Virus record (IMG/VR): IMGVR_UViG_3300037067_013379
Span: 1 to 64,000 of that record
Length of the DNA stretch: 64,000 nucleotides
Strand: one strand, 5' to 3'
Origin: a virus
Lineage: Duplodnaviria; Caudoviricetes
Shown: one piece after another, positions 36,779 through 47,183 of the stretch
Layout: every line of letters begins with the position of its first letter
Position numbering within the stretch: the first letter of the stretch is position 1
Notes under the pieces: model-generated
The model's database searches: none
What the model saw: only the letters and a program-made list of their open reading frames with translations
What the model was told of the DNA's origin: nothing
Program-made: the position numbers and the translations under genes

Positions 36779-37653
36779 GCCGTCACTTCACCGGGGCGTC
36801 GGGCGACTACGTCGACCTCGGGCCCGGCAACGCCGCGAACGTCGACGGCGGACCCGGGACGATCATGGCGTTGTGGAGGCCGACGACCGTCCACGAGGGA
36901 TGGTTGATCGACTCGGAAACCGCCACGAACCTCCACGCCTTCTCCATCAACCCGTACAGCGACGGCGCGCTGTGGCACACCATGGTCGGGTTCCGGTCGA
37001 CCATGACGTACACGGCTGCGGACGGCTGGCGCCTTGACCTGTGGACCAAACCCACGGGAACCGTCGCGGTCCGTGGCCACACCCTGCTCCTGTCCGGTGG
37101 AGGCTGGACCCATACCGACTACGGGTCGTCCGCCGACTCCACCAACGTCCCGACCGCGCACTTCCGCGTCGGCCGGCACTTCACCTCCGGTGGCGCCCTC
37201 AACGCCGACGTCGCGGCGATGGCCGTGATCGGCGCGAACTGGTCCGACGCGACGATCGAGGCCGCGTCGCTGTCCACCGGCCTCGCCCAATGGATCACGG
37301 CTATCGGGGCCGACCCGGCCGTGGTGTGGGCGTTCAACCAGGCCATGGTGTCCGACCCGGTCCTCGACGTCACCGGCGGCGGCGGCGACCAGTTGGCGAT
37401 CAGTGGGACATCGATCGGCGCCGACCCGCCCGGGTTCTCCTACGTGCTGTCGCCCCCGACGGATTGCGCCTTCACCGCCACCCTCCCCGCCATGTCCGGT
37501 GCGTTCGCGGAGACGTCGACGGCGACTGGGGCGTTCACGGCCGGCCTACCGGCACTGGACGCGCACCTGTTGATCGGGGCGAACATCCCCCCGCCGCTCA
37601 TGGCCGGTACCGCCGTGGTGCGTGCCCTGTCCGGTACCGCCACGGCGACGTGA
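36775..37653 (+). CDS. Minor tail protein with LamG/ConA-like domain
   Basis: TIMALWRP, DGWR and RVGRH..G.LNADVA beta-rich pattern. Confidence 0.55.
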   Translation: MSRHFTGASGDYVDLGPGNAANVDGGPGTIMALWRPTTVHEGWLIDSETATNLHAFSINPYSDGALWHTMVGFRSTMTYTAADGWRLDLWTKPTGTVAVRGHTLLLSGGGWTHTDYGSSADSTNVPTAHFRVGRHFTSGGALNADVAAMAVIGANWSDATIEAASLSTGLAQWITAIGADPAVVWAFNQAMVSDPVLDVTGGGGDQLAISGTSIGADPPGFSYVLSPPTDCAFTATLPAMSGAFAETSTATGAFTAGLPALDAHLLIGANIPPPLMAGTAVVRALSGTATAT

Positions 37654-37663
37654 GGAGGCCAGC

Positions 37664-38014
37664 GTGGCGACGTTAGTTCCGTTGACGATGCACGAGGACA
37701 ACGACGAGGTTATCGACCTGGTCATCACACCGGTCGTGTCGACCGACGATCTGTCCCTCGTCACGGCCCTCAAGTTCTATCTGAAGCCGGACGTGTGTAC
37801 GGCGGACACCGACGCGTCGACGACCGTGTTGACGTCGGCCGTGCCGGCACAGATCACGATCACGGCCCAGGCGGCGGCGCGGATCGACGCGACGGTGTAC
37901 GTGCCGGCCGCCGCCCTCGCAGACCCGTACACGCGTACGTGGCGCGTCGACGCCTACGTTGGCACCACGCATCGGACCGCGATGTACGGTCCTGTCACGG
38001 TCGTTGATCTGTAG
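37664..38014 (+). CDS. Beta-sandwich tail/baseplate protein
   Basis: GAGGAGG RBS; beta-rich composition. Confidence 0.55.
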   Translation: MATLVPLTMHEDNDEVIDLVITPVVSTDDLSLVTALKFYLKPDVCTADTDASTTVLTSAVPAQITITAQAAARIDATVYVPAAALADPYTRTWRVDAYVGTTHRTAMYGPVTVVDL

Positions 38015-38025
38015 GGGGTGCCGAC

Positions 38026-38808
38026 ATGTCCGGTCCATGCGGATGGGAGATCACTACGTGCGGGTGCGGGTCCTGTTGGAACACCTACACCCCGGAGGTG
38101 CGGGAGACGGCGGCGGCCCTCGCGATCGGCGTGATGTGGATGGCCACGGCCCGCCGCTACGGGCTGTGTGACGTGGTGGTGCAGCCGTGCGCGAAGCCGG
38201 TGCTGTTGCGGGAGTACCAGACGTATCCGGTCGACCGCGCCGACTACGGGGGTGCGTACATCCGGGAGGGCCAGTGGTACAACGGGTGCACCGGGCAGGA
38301 TGAGGATGCCGGGTGTTGCTCCGGCTGCGAACTCGACCTCGAGGGGCCGACGACGACGGCCGGGATCACCGAGGTCACGATCGACGGCGTGATCCTTCCT
38401 CCGGCGTCGTACGAGGTCATGAACGGTCACATTCTGGTGCGTACCGATGGGGTGTGCTGGCCAACGTGCACCAACTACTCGGTGCAGAGTCCTCCGGCGC
38501 TGCAGGTCGAGTACAAGAAGGGGATTGCGATCCCGACGCATGTGCAGAAGGCGACCGAGCGCCTTGCGTGTGAGTGGGCGAAGGCCTGCGCGGGGAACGC
38601 TGCATGCGCGCTTCCCCGCCGTCTCCGGTCGCTGACGCGGCAGGGGGTGGAGGCCGTGGTGGAGGAACTGTCGACGAGCGACCCGGGGCGTGTCCGGACC
38701 GGGGTGCCCGAGGTTGACATAATCATTGCGTTGGAGAATCCACACGGCCGGCCGATGGCGTCGATCGTGTGGAGTCCGGACGAACGTCCACCTAGGGTGC
38801 TCTCATGA
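38026..38808 (+). CDS. Head-to-tail adaptor
   Basis: GPC.W, YGLC..VVQPC and C.LP.R..SLTRQGV motifs. Confidence 0.7.
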   Translation: MSGPCGWEITTCGCGSCWNTYTPEVRETAAALAIGVMWMATARRYGLCDVVVQPCAKPVLLREYQTYPVDRADYGGAYIREGQWYNGCTGQDEDAGCCSGCELDLEGPTTTAGITEVTIDGVILPPASYEVMNGHILVRTDGVCWPTCTNYSVQSPPALQVEYKKGIAIPTHVQKATERLACEWAKACAGNAACALPRRLRSLTRQGVEAVVEELSTSDPGRVRTGVPEVDIIIALENPHGRPMASIVWSPDERPPRVLS

Positions 38809-39362
38809 CCACCCCGATCGTCGATCCGCTGGTTGCCCCGATTGCCGCCGAACTCGTCGCCTGCCTGACGGCCGAGGCCGCGAAGATCCCGAATCCGCCG
38901 GCTAGTCCCCGGGTCGTGTGCCTGCGTCCAGGGGACCGCGTCGATCTGTTGATCTCCCAAACCGAGGACGAATGCTGTTCCGGTTTGATGTGGGTTCGGT
39001 GGGTTCGGTCCTATCCGTCCGGACAGCAGACGTTCCCGACGCAGGACGATCGGGCAACCCCGTGCGGCGTCCTCCGGTGGGCGGTGCAGTTCGAACTGGG
39101 CGCCGTCCGGTGCGCACCCACTACCGACACGGAGACCATCCCGACGTGTGACGAGTGGACGGACACGGCCCTCGGTGTCTACGACGACGGCGCCGCCATC
39201 CGGCGCGCGTTGTGCTGCTACGCCGAGAGCCACGAGTATGACGCGACGGTCCTGCAGGAGGAGGGCGCGCCGCTGACCACCGAGGGCGGGTGCGTCGGGG
39301 CCGCGTACCTTGCGACCATCAGCGGCCCCGCCTGCGACTGCGAAGGAGCGTCAACGCTGTGA
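38805..39362 (+). CDS. Tail terminator / head-tail joining protein
   Basis: D.CCSG.MWVR, ELG..RC and GGC.G motifs. Confidence 0.6.
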   Translation: MTTPIVDPLVAPIAAELVACLTAEAAKIPNPPASPRVVCLRPGDRVDLLISQTEDECCSGLMWVRWVRSYPSGQQTFPTQDDRATPCGVLRWAVQFELGAVRCAPTTDTETIPTCDEWTDTALGVYDDGAAIRRALCCYAESHEYDATVLQEEGAPLTTEGGCVGAAYLATISGPACDCEGASTL

Positions 39363-39691
39363 CGACCAGACCGCGACGGACGTCGGGCACCCGCGCCGAC
39401 GGCGTCCCGACCGAACAAGCACCAGCACCAGCACCAGCACCGGCACCTGAACCGGCGGAGACCATGACGGCCCCGTCGCCGGTGCTGCCCGGCCCCATAC
39501 CCGTCGTCGACCGGTTGGTGATCCTCGACGCCTACGCCGGCCCGGACGGCCTACTCCCCGTCGTCGTCGTCGTGTCGCACGACGCCGTGTTCGCCGGTCA
39601 GCACATCCGGGTACCGATCACCGACCGGGTGGCCGGCCTGATCGAGAAGGGGTTCCTCGAGGTCGACCTCCCCGACACGGACCCGCAATGA
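39359..39691 (+). CDS. Hypothetical virion-module protein
   Basis: AAGGAG RBS; GTGA overlap. Confidence 0.55.
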   Translation: MTTRPRRTSGTRADGVPTEQAPAPAPAPAPEPAETMTAPSPVLPGPIPVVDRLVILDAYAGPDGLLPVVVVVSHDAVFAGQHIRVPITDRVAGLIEKGFLEVDLPDTDPQ

Positions 39692-40128
39692 TCATCCGTC
39701 TGTACGCCAAGAGGATCAAGGGGACAGTGGACCGGGAGGCTGCGAACGCGGCGGCAGCGAAGGTCGGACTGATCGAGGTCACGGACCTGACCCGGAAGAT
39801 CACGAATCAGGCGACGATCGATGCGCCCGTCAACACCGGGTTCCTCCGCGGCCAGCACACGATGACCGTGAAGGTCTTGAAGACCCGGGTGAAGGGAACG
39901 GTGGTCAACCGGGCGAAATACGCGTCTGCCGTCCATGACGGATCGGGACCCCACATCATCCGGGCCCGGAAGAAGAAGGTACTTCGATTCGAAGTTGCCG
40001 GGAAAGTCGTATTCGCACGTTCTGTGCGACATCCAGGGACCAGCGCCAACCCGTGGTTGCTCAACGCCGCCGAACGGACCGCCGTAAACGCGGGGTTCCG
40101 GTTCACACGGACGGTAGTCTCCGGATAG
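39688..40128 (+). CDS. HK97 gp10-like neck/tail completion protein
   Basis: APVNTGFLR, YA..VHDG and HPGT..NPWL motifs. Confidence 0.7.
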   Translation: MIIRLYAKRIKGTVDREAANAAAAKVGLIEVTDLTRKITNQATIDAPVNTGFLRGQHTMTVKVLKTRVKGTVVNRAKYASAVHDGSGPHIIRARKKKVLRFEVAGKVVFARSVRHPGTSANPWLLNAAERTAVNAGFRFTRTVVSG

Positions 40129-40149
40129 ATCACGAGGAGGGATGATCGT

Positions 40150-41130
40150 ATGGGCACTGCCCGCTCTACGAGCAGCACCGCGACGACGCCGCGGAAACGG
40201 GCGCCTCGCAAGGCCACGGCCGGCACGGTGAAACCGGCCACGGACGAACCGGCCGTCGTCGACACGCCGCCACAGCCGCGGAAACGGGGACCGCGCAAGG
40301 CCGCGGGCCGCACGGCGAAACCGGCCGTCGACGCCGCCACGGCCGCGACCGTCGACACGCCACCAGCCCCGGCGCCGACACCGGCCGACCCGGGCGCGGA
40401 TCGCATCGCGAAACTCCGACAGATGATCGCCGACGAGGGCCTGGACCCCGACAAGGTCCTCGCCGGCACACAGACCGGCCCCGACGCGGAACCGGCCCGG
40501 GTGGTCGACGGCACGGTCGTCGACGCCGCCGGGTATCCCGACGGGTTTGAGCCGATCCCGGGCGTCGACCTCGCCGGCATACGGCAGATCGTGGTCGACG
40601 CGCGCCGGAACCCGGCGACCGCAGACGTCGTGATCGGCGGCCTGCGAAGCCTCATCGCCGAGAACGGGCACGACCCGGACGCCGTCATCGCCGCCGCGAC
40701 GGGTGAGGGAGCCGGCGGCGGCCCGGCGACCAACCCCAACGGGCTCGTCAACGCCATCGTCGACTTCCGCGACCGGAGGATCGAGGTGACGGCGCCGGAG
40801 ATCGAGCAGGTCATGGTGATCCGGCGCATGCAGTCGCTGTTCGCGAACGCCGCGAAGATGAAAACGATCACAGCCGACGAGGCGATCCGACTCATGGACC
40901 GGGCGTTGAAGGCCGTGTGTTCGGTCGTCGTCAACCCGGACGACGTCGAATACCTCGAGGATCTTCTACTCACCCGTGAGGCGAAGATCGAGGACACGTT
41001 GCCGCTGCTCCGCGAGTCGTTGAAGGCCCTCGAACGGGCGAACGCCGACAACGGGAACCGGGCCGCGCGGCGTAAGGCCGCGAAGTCGTCGGGCCGTGCG
41101 GGTCGTGCCGCCCTGGTCACGGCCGAGTAG
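40150..41130 (+). CDS. Tail assembly chaperone with long low-complexity N-terminal extension
   Basis: Position upstream of the tape measure; C-terminal NRAARR signature. Confidence 0.55.
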   Translation: MGTARSTSSTATTPRKRAPRKATAGTVKPATDEPAVVDTPPQPRKRGPRKAAGRTAKPAVDAATAATVDTPPAPAPTPADPGADRIAKLRQMIADEGLDPDKVLAGTQTGPDAEPARVVDGTVVDAAGYPDGFEPIPGVDLAGIRQIVVDARRNPATADVVIGGLRSLIAENGHDPDAVIAAATGEGAGGGPATNPNGLVNAIVDFRDRRIEVTAPEIEQVMVIRRMQSLFANAAKMKTITADEAIRLMDRALKAVCSVVVNPDDVEYLEDLLLTREAKIEDTLPLLRESLKALERANADNGNRAARRKAAKSSGRAGRAALVTAE

Positions 41131-41135
41131 CGGCC

Positions 41136-41675
41136 ATGAAGGGCAACGGGATTGCCGCCCTCCGGGCATGGCCGATCACCGTTGACCTCGGTGGGACGGA
41201 CTACCGGATCGCTCCCTATCCGGCGATCCGGTGGGTCGTCCCGATCATCGACGACGACTGGTTCGCCATCGTCCCCGGCATGATCGACCCATCCGATCAC
41301 GGCGTCGACGACGCCCTCGACGCCGGTGCGATCACGCACGAGGACTGCGTCCGGGCAGCCCGTGACGCGGTTGGTGTCGCGGCCGGGGTGCCGTGGTGGT
41401 CGGCAGTCAGGTTGGTGCAGTCGGTGCTCGCGGCCCCGGACGTCACGGGCGAGTTGTTGATCTGCGGGATCGACGTTCAGATCGTGTCCCTCGGCGCGTT
41501 CGTGCAGGCCGCGTATCGGGTGTTCACGCGGGACGCCGACAAGAAGCAGCGGGCGAGGATCGACCGGGACATCGAAGCGGTGCCGCCAGAATTGACACTC
41601 GCGGACCGGTGGGAGCCGGAGGCAGAGGCGTCTGGGTTTGAGGCGATGATGCGTCAGCGGGGCGGCAGGGTGTGA
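41136..41675 (+). CDS. Second tail assembly chaperone
   Basis: Position; ..WW.A.RL..S pattern. Confidence 0.6.
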   Translation: MKGNGIAALRAWPITVDLGGTDYRIAPYPAIRWVVPIIDDDWFAIVPGMIDPSDHGVDDALDAGAITHEDCVRAARDAVGVAAGVPWWSAVRLVQSVLAAPDVTGELLICGIDVQIVSLGAFVQAAYRVFTRDADKKQRARIDRDIEAVPPELTLADRWEPEAEASGFEAMMRQRGGRV

Positions 41676-42151
41676 TTGCGGCGGGTTCGGCCGGTCACGG
41701 CCACGGCCCGTTTGAGCCAGCGGTAGGCGGTCGGGTTCCGGGCGACGTGCCACATGTCCGCTACGGCCTGGGGGCCGCCGCCGGGCCGGCCGGTGGCGAT
41801 CGCCCAGTCGTAGACGTCGAGGACCTCATCCCAATGATCACGGCCCCATGACCGGACGCCGACCGGTTTCGGGGCGACGTTGGCGTGCCAGAGTGCGTCG
41901 TTCGGGTGCGTCCCGGACGCTACCGCGACGTGCCGTATCTGCACGAGGGGGAGACGGGCGAGGCCCGCGGAACTGATCCGCGCGGACGGGTGCCGGGCGA
42001 TCACGGTCAGTTCGACGATCCGAGCCGGTTCGGTGGTGGTGTCGGTGCGCACGCGCAGGAGGAGGGGCGAGTCGGGGTCGTCGATGGTGACCACGCCGCT
42101 CCTGTCGCGGCTGATTTGCGCGGCCCCGAGGTCGACCAGCGGGGTTGTCAT
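41654..42151 (-). CDS. Putative DNA-binding regulator, antisense inside the tail operon
   Basis: C-terminal PQAVADMWHVARNPTAYRWLKRA HTH-like motif. Confidence 0.55.
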   Translation of the reverse strand: MTTPLVDLGAAQISRDRSGVVTIDDPDSPLLLRVRTDTTTEPARIVELTVIARHPSARISSAGLARLPLVQIRHVAVASGTHPNDALWHANVAPKPVGVRSWGRDHWDEVLDVYDWAIATGRPGGGPQAVADMWHVARNPTAYRWLKRAVAVTGRTRRNHTLPPR

Positions 42152-42213
42152 GACCACGGAATGACTATACCCGGATCTTCCATGCCGATCGTGTCACTAC
42201 GCATGATCCGGTC

Positions 42214-45200
42214 ATGGCGAAATCCGGGCAGGCATCAGTCGAAATTTTGGCTGACTTTGCCCGATTCGCGTCGACGTTCCAGCGGGATCTGAACGCGGCC
42301 CTCCGCGGCGTCACCCTCGACATGAGCGGGATCTCGGACCAAATCGCGAACGGGGTCCGCCGCGGGGTCGACGAGGCGAACCACGAGTTCCGGCGACTAG
42401 GCGACCAGGCCGGCGACTCGTTCAACATCATCACACAGCAGTCGTCGCAGGCGGGCCGGTCGATGGCCGCGTCGTTCGCCGCCGCGGGTCGGCAGATGTC
42501 GGGCATCGGCGACGACATGACGTTGGCGATCAGCCTCCCGATCGCCGCCGCGGGTACCGCGACCGTGCATACGGCCGGCGACTTCGAACAGGCCATGAAC
42601 AAGGTGAAGGCCGCGACGGAGTCGTCCGGGAAGGAGTTCACGGACCTCCGCAACCTGGCCATCGACCTCGGGTCGACCACGGCGTTCAGTGCGTCCGAAG
42701 CCGCGTATGCCATGAACGAGTTGGCGACGGCCGGTTTCGACACGAACGAGATCATGGGGGCGTTGCCGGGTGTCCTCGACATGGCCGCCGCCGGGTCGGT
42801 GTCGCTGTCGGACGCGGCCGAGATCGCATCGGGGATCCTGAACGGGTTCGGGTTCGCCGCCACCGACCTGTCGTACGTCAACGACGTTCTCGCGCGCGAC
42901 TTCCTGGCCACCGCAACAAACCTGTCAGATTTGGGCGAGTCGTTCAAATATGTAGGGCCTACAGCGAAATCAGCGGGTTTGACGTTCACGGAGGTCGCGG
43001 CGGCGATCGGCCTGATGGGTAACGCCGGAATCAAAGGCTCGATGGCCGGCACCGCCCTCAACGCCTCCATCTCCCGCCTGCTCAAGCCGACGGGCGAGGT
43101 CGAGACGACCCTGCGGAACCTCGGCGTGACCGTCACAAACTCGTCAGGGAAACTCCTGCCCCTCGTCGACATCATGCGGCAGTTGGAGGCGGCGGGGGCC
43201 GACACCACCGACATGATCACCCTGTTTGGGCTCGAGGCCGGCCCGGACATGATGGCGTTGTTGTCCCAGGGATCCGCGGCCCTCGCCAACCTCGACCAGC
43301 AACTACAGAACGCCGGTGGCACGGCCAAGAAGGTTGCCACGACGCAGATGGCGGGCTTCAACGGCTCGATGGACGAACTGTCGTCGTCCGCCGAGGGCCT
43401 GATGATCGCGATCGGTGACGCCGGCCTCCTCGGGTGGATGACGTCGCTCGTCGACGAGCTCACGCAGTTGACGATGAAGGCGTCGAAACTGTCCCCGACG
43501 CTGCTAAACATCGCGGTGATCGTCGCGGCCATCACTGCGGCGATCGGCCCGTTCCTCGCGATCTTCGGCCGGATGGCCACCGCGATCGGCGAGGGGATCC
43601 TGGCGTTCAAGAAGTTCGGGTCGTGGGCGGTTCGGGTTGCGCCGTGGCTGGCGACGCTGTCCGGGCCGATCGGCTGGGTGATCGCCGCCGTCATCGCCCT
43701 CGCGATCGCCGCGGTGGTCGCGTACAACAAGTGCGAGGCGTTCCGGGTCGTCGTCGACCGGGCGTTCCGGGCCGTGGCCACGGCGGCCGTGTGGATGTGG
43801 CAGAACGCGATTATGCCCGCGTTCAACTGGATCGTCGCGAACGCGAAGGTCGTTGGGGCCGCGATCGCCCGACTGTGGCAACAGTCTCAGCCGGTGTTCG
43901 CGGCATGGGGTGCGGCCATCCTCCGCATCTGGAACTCGGCGATAAAGCCGGCGCTCGGGCCGATCGGCGAGTCGTTCAAGACGGCCGGATCGGCGATCTC
44001 GGCATTCTGGTCCGGCACGGCCCGGCCCGCCCTGGTGTCCCTGCTGGCGTTGTTCGCACGGGTCGCCGTGGCGGTCCGGGCATGGTGGGCGGGTAACGGC
44101 GACACGGTCATGCGCTCGGCTGCGGCCGTCGTGACGTGGTTCGGTGGCGTGGCGTTCCAGGCGTGGACGCGGTTCATGGCGGTGCTGCGGGCGGTCGCCG
44201 CAGTGATCACGTGGGTGATCGTCAACGTCACGATCCCCCTTGCGAAGGCGCTGATATCGGTCATCCGGACCGTGGTCACGACCGTGATGTCGATGAAGAA
44301 CGTGTGGATCGTGGTCGGCGCTGTGATCGTCGCGGCCGTGCTGGTCGTGGTCGCGATCGTCAAGGTTCTGTGGACGGCGTTCAACACGATCGTTCCGGCG
44401 GTTGCCGCCATCGTCACCTGGCTGGTCACCACGATCGTCGTCCCGATGTTCACCGCGCTGGGTGTGGCGGTCAAGGCGTTCGTCGCGGTGCTGACGTGGA
44501 TGTGGACGTCGGTGATGTCCCCGGTGTTCTCGGCCCTCGGCGCGGCCCTGAACGTCGTCGGTGGCGTGGTCATCTGGCTGTGGACGTCGGTGTTTGTTCC
44601 GGCGTTCCGGGCGGTCGCGGCCGTGGTGTCGTGGATGTGGAACACGGTCCTGATGCCGGTGTTTACCGCGATCGCGGTAGCGATCGGCGCGGTCGTTGCT
44701 GTCGGCATATGGTTTTGGACCACGTTCGGTCCGATTTGGTTGGCTATTGGTAGCCTGATCTGGTCGTTGTGGTCCGGCGTCATTTCTGTCGTTTTTTCCC
44801 TGTTCAAACTTGCATTCACGGTGCTCGTTGCCGCCGCACAGGTCTGGTGGACGGTCGTCGGGGCGGTGTTCATGGCCGTCGCAGCCGTCATCGTCGCCGT
44901 GTGGTCCGGCGTGATCGCCCCGATCCTGAACGCGATCGGCGCCCTGTTCACCTGGCTATGGTCCGCGGCGATCCAGCCGGCCCTGACCGCTATCGGCGCG
45001 TTCTTCATGTGGCTGTGGACCGCGGCCATAGCCCCGGTCGTATCCGGCATCTCAAGCGCCTTCATGTCGATGTGGGCCGTGATCCAGGCCGTGTTCAACG
45101 CGGCCGTGTCGTTCATTCGCGCGGCGATCTCCCAGATCGTGGCGGCAGCCTCCGGCGTCGTCGGCTTCGTCAACACGATCTCCTCCCACTTCCAAAACGC

Positions 45201-45795
45201 GGTCAACGCGATACGCGACAAGATCAACGCCGCTGTCGGGGTCGTCCGCGGCCTCCCCGGACAGATCACCTCCGCGGTCGGCAACCTCGGATCCCTGCTC
45301 TACAACGCCGGACAGAACGTCATCGACGGCCTCATCAGCGGAATCTCGAGCCGCATCGGATCCCTACGGGCGAAGATCGGGGAGGCGGCCGGGGCCATCC
45401 GCGATTCGCTGCCGTTCAGTCCGGCGAAGGAAGGGCCGCTGTCGGGTTCCGGCGACCCCACCATCTCCGGCGGCAAGATCGTGCGGATGATCGGCCAGGG
45501 CATGGAGGCCCGGATACCAGACCTCCGGTACTCGGTCGACCGTGTCCTGGCCACCATGCCCGAACAACTCGTCGACATGAAGACACTGGCACCGGCCACC
45601 GCGACACTCACCCCGACGTCGACCCGCGTCCTCGTTCCGGCAACCGCCACCACAGCCGCAACCGCCGCCGGTGCCGGAACCACGGTCAACTACCAAATCA
45701 CGGTCAACGCACTCGACCCGCAGGCGGCGGCACGGGCCGTCATCGACGCAATCCAGACCTACGAGAGACGCAACGGCAAGGGGTGGCGGGCATGA
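42214..45795 (+). CDS. Tape measure protein (TP901-type core)
   Basis: FEQAMNKVKA...LGSTTAFSASEAA..., GIKGSMAGTAL; long Trp/Ala periodic region. Confidence 0.93.
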   Translation: MAKSGQASVEILADFARFASTFQRDLNAALRGVTLDMSGISDQIANGVRRGVDEANHEFRRLGDQAGDSFNIITQQSSQAGRSMAASFAAAGRQMSGIGDDMTLAISLPIAAAGTATVHTAGDFEQAMNKVKAATESSGKEFTDLRNLAIDLGSTTAFSASEAAYAMNELATAGFDTNEIMGALPGVLDMAAAGSVSLSDAAEIASGILNGFGFAATDLSYVNDVLARDFLATATNLSDLGESFKYVGPTAKSAGLTFTEVAAAIGLMGNAGIKGSMAGTALNASISRLLKPTGEVETTLRNLGVTVTNSSGKLLPLVDIMRQLEAAGADTTDMITLFGLEAGPDMMALLSQGSAALANLDQQLQNAGGTAKKVATTQMAGFNGSMDELSSSAEGLMIAIGDAGLLGWMTSLVDELTQLTMKASKLSPTLLNIAVIVAAITAAIGPFLAIFGRMATAIGEGILAFKKFGSWAVRVAPWLATLSGPIGWVIAAVIALAIAAVVAYNKCEAFRVVVDRAFRAVATAAVWMWQNAIMPAFNWIVANAKVVGAAIARLWQQSQPVFAAWGAAILRIWNSAIKPALGPIGESFKTAGSAISAFWSGTARPALVSLLALFARVAVAVRAWWAGNGDTVMRSAAAVVTWFGGVAFQAWTRFMAVLRAVAAVITWVIVNVTIPLAKALISVIRTVVTTVMSMKNVWIVVGAVIVAAVLVVVAIVKVLWTAFNTIVPAVAAIVTWLVTTIVVPMFTALGVAVKAFVAVLTWMWTSVMSPVFSALGAALNVVGGVVIWLWTSVFVPAFRAVAAVVSWMWNTVLMPVFTAIAVAIGAVVAVGIWFWTTFGPIWLAIGSLIWSLWSGVISVVFSLFKLAFTVLVAAAQVWWTVVGAVFMAVAAVIVAVWSGVIAPILNAIGALFTWLWSAAIQPALTAIGAFFMWLWTAAIAPVVSGISSAFMSMWAVIQAVFNAAVSFIRAAISQIVAAASGVVGFVNTISSHFQNAVNAIRDKINAAVGVVRGLPGQITSAVGNLGSLLYNAGQNVIDGLISGISSRIGSLRAKIGEAAGAIRDSLPFSPAKEGPLSGSGDPTISGGKIVRMIGQGMEARIPDLRYSVDRVLATMPEQLVDMKTLAPATATLTPTSTRVLVPATATTAATAAGAGTTVNYQITVNALDPQAAARAVIDAIQTYERRNGKGWRA

Positions 45796-47168
45796 GCATG
45801 ACCCTGTTCGCGGACTGCGGCGACTCGGTCGAGATGACCGTGAACATCGGCATGATCTCGGAGGCCACCACAGCCGGGATCTGGGACGTGGCGCTGTGGG
45901 ACACCGGCACGTGGGGAACCGGAATCGTCCCGGTCGACGTGTCGGCGTGGGTTCGGTCATTCACTAGCTCACGGTCGTTCCAGTCCGGACAGGACGTGTG
46001 GAACGCCGGATCACTCACCCTCGTATTGGACAACCGCGACGGCCGCTTCTCCCCCGACAACGTCGCTACGACTCCGACTCCGGCGCCGTACGCGTCCGGT
46101 GGGATCAGTGGCGTTCGGCCGGGGTGCCCGATCAGCGTTCTTATGACGTACGCCGGAATCGAATATCCGGTATTCACCGGGTATGTCACGTCATGGGGTG
46201 AGTCGTGGACCGAGCACGGAACGGTGTTCAACCCGTCCGACTGCAACAACGACCCCGAGAACCTGGACCGCGTCGGTGACGCGTTCATGACCGTCACGGC
46301 AACGGACGTGTGGGGCCGCCTCGGCGCACAGCGGCGCCGCGTGCCGGTCTCCCCGGCCGTCGGGGCCGGTGACGACTACGGCCAGAGGATCGCCCGTCTC
46401 CTCGTAGCTGCCGACTTCTCCGGCTCGATGTACCTGTCGGCCGGGGCCGTCACGTTCCAGGAAACCACCCTCGAGTCGGAAACCATCGGCGAGATCAACA
46501 AGGTGGTGCAGTCCGAGGGCGGGGTGTGTTACGCCGACGCCGACGGAACGATCGTTGCGCGTGGCCGCTACGACCCACTCACCGATCCTCGTTCCACGAC
46601 GCCGCAGATCTATTTCGGTGACAAGGCCGGCGAGACGCTGTGGTCAACGCTGACGGTTGCCCCCGTGTCGGACGACCGGATCGTTAACCATGCCGTTTTC
46701 GCGTGCTCCGGGGGGACCGACCAGGAAGCGTCAGATCCTGTGTCTATATCCATCCATGGCATCCATGACGATGACCAACAGCCGACGGACCTTCTATGTC
46801 AAACGGATGCACAGGTCCTCGGCCTCGCACAATGGGCCGTGCTCGTCGGCGCCTATCCCGAGGCGACGGTAGAGCAAATCGAATTGAAGCCCCGTTGTGA
46901 CTTGGCAACGCTCGCCCCGCTGGCGCTCGGATCGAAAATCCGTGATCTGGTTTCAATTCGCGTACGTCCACCATCGGCCCAGTACCACTATCTCGACCGC
47001 GAATGCTTCATTTCCGGAATTACGCACACCGTCAGCGAAAACGATTGGACGTTCAAGATAAATACGTCGACGGCGAAGCAGTATCGGCGATTCGCCGGAT
47101 CACGCTGGGACGAGGGCGTATGGGGCAGTAGTGACATCGATCCTAATGCGGCGTTGTGGTTCCTGTGA
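45792..47168 (+). CDS. Minor tail protein
   Basis: WD...WD.G.W, LDNRDGRF and ISGITHT motifs; follows the tape measure. Confidence 0.8.
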   Translation: MSMTLFADCGDSVEMTVNIGMISEATTAGIWDVALWDTGTWGTGIVPVDVSAWVRSFTSSRSFQSGQDVWNAGSLTLVLDNRDGRFSPDNVATTPTPAPYASGGISGVRPGCPISVLMTYAGIEYPVFTGYVTSWGESWTEHGTVFNPSDCNNDPENLDRVGDAFMTVTATDVWGRLGAQRRRVPVSPAVGAGDDYGQRIARLLVAADFSGSMYLSAGAVTFQETTLESETIGEINKVVQSEGGVCYADADGTIVARGRYDPLTDPRSTTPQIYFGDKAGETLWSTLTVAPVSDDRIVNHAVFACSGGTDQEASDPVSISIHGIHDDDQQPTDLLCQTDAQVLGLAQWAVLVGAYPEATVEQIELKPRCDLATLAPLALGSKIRDLVSIRVRPPSAQYHYLDRECFISGITHTVSENDWTFKINTSTAKQYRRFAGSRWDEGVWGSSDIDPNAALWFL

Positions 47169-47183
47169 TTGGGAAGGTATGAA

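Noticed and set aside
41040-41140. Programmed -1 frameshift between the tail assembly chaperones
   Set aside because: No XXXYYYZ slippery heptamer was seen near the first gene's end, and the second gene has its own ATG at 41136
39807-43826. Long reverse-strand ORFs (39807-41753, 42165-43826) and similar ones opposite portal, capsid and traB
   Set aside because: These are in-register shadow frames expected in GC-rich coding DNA, with no domain motifs or RBS, unlike the ORF nested in the intein
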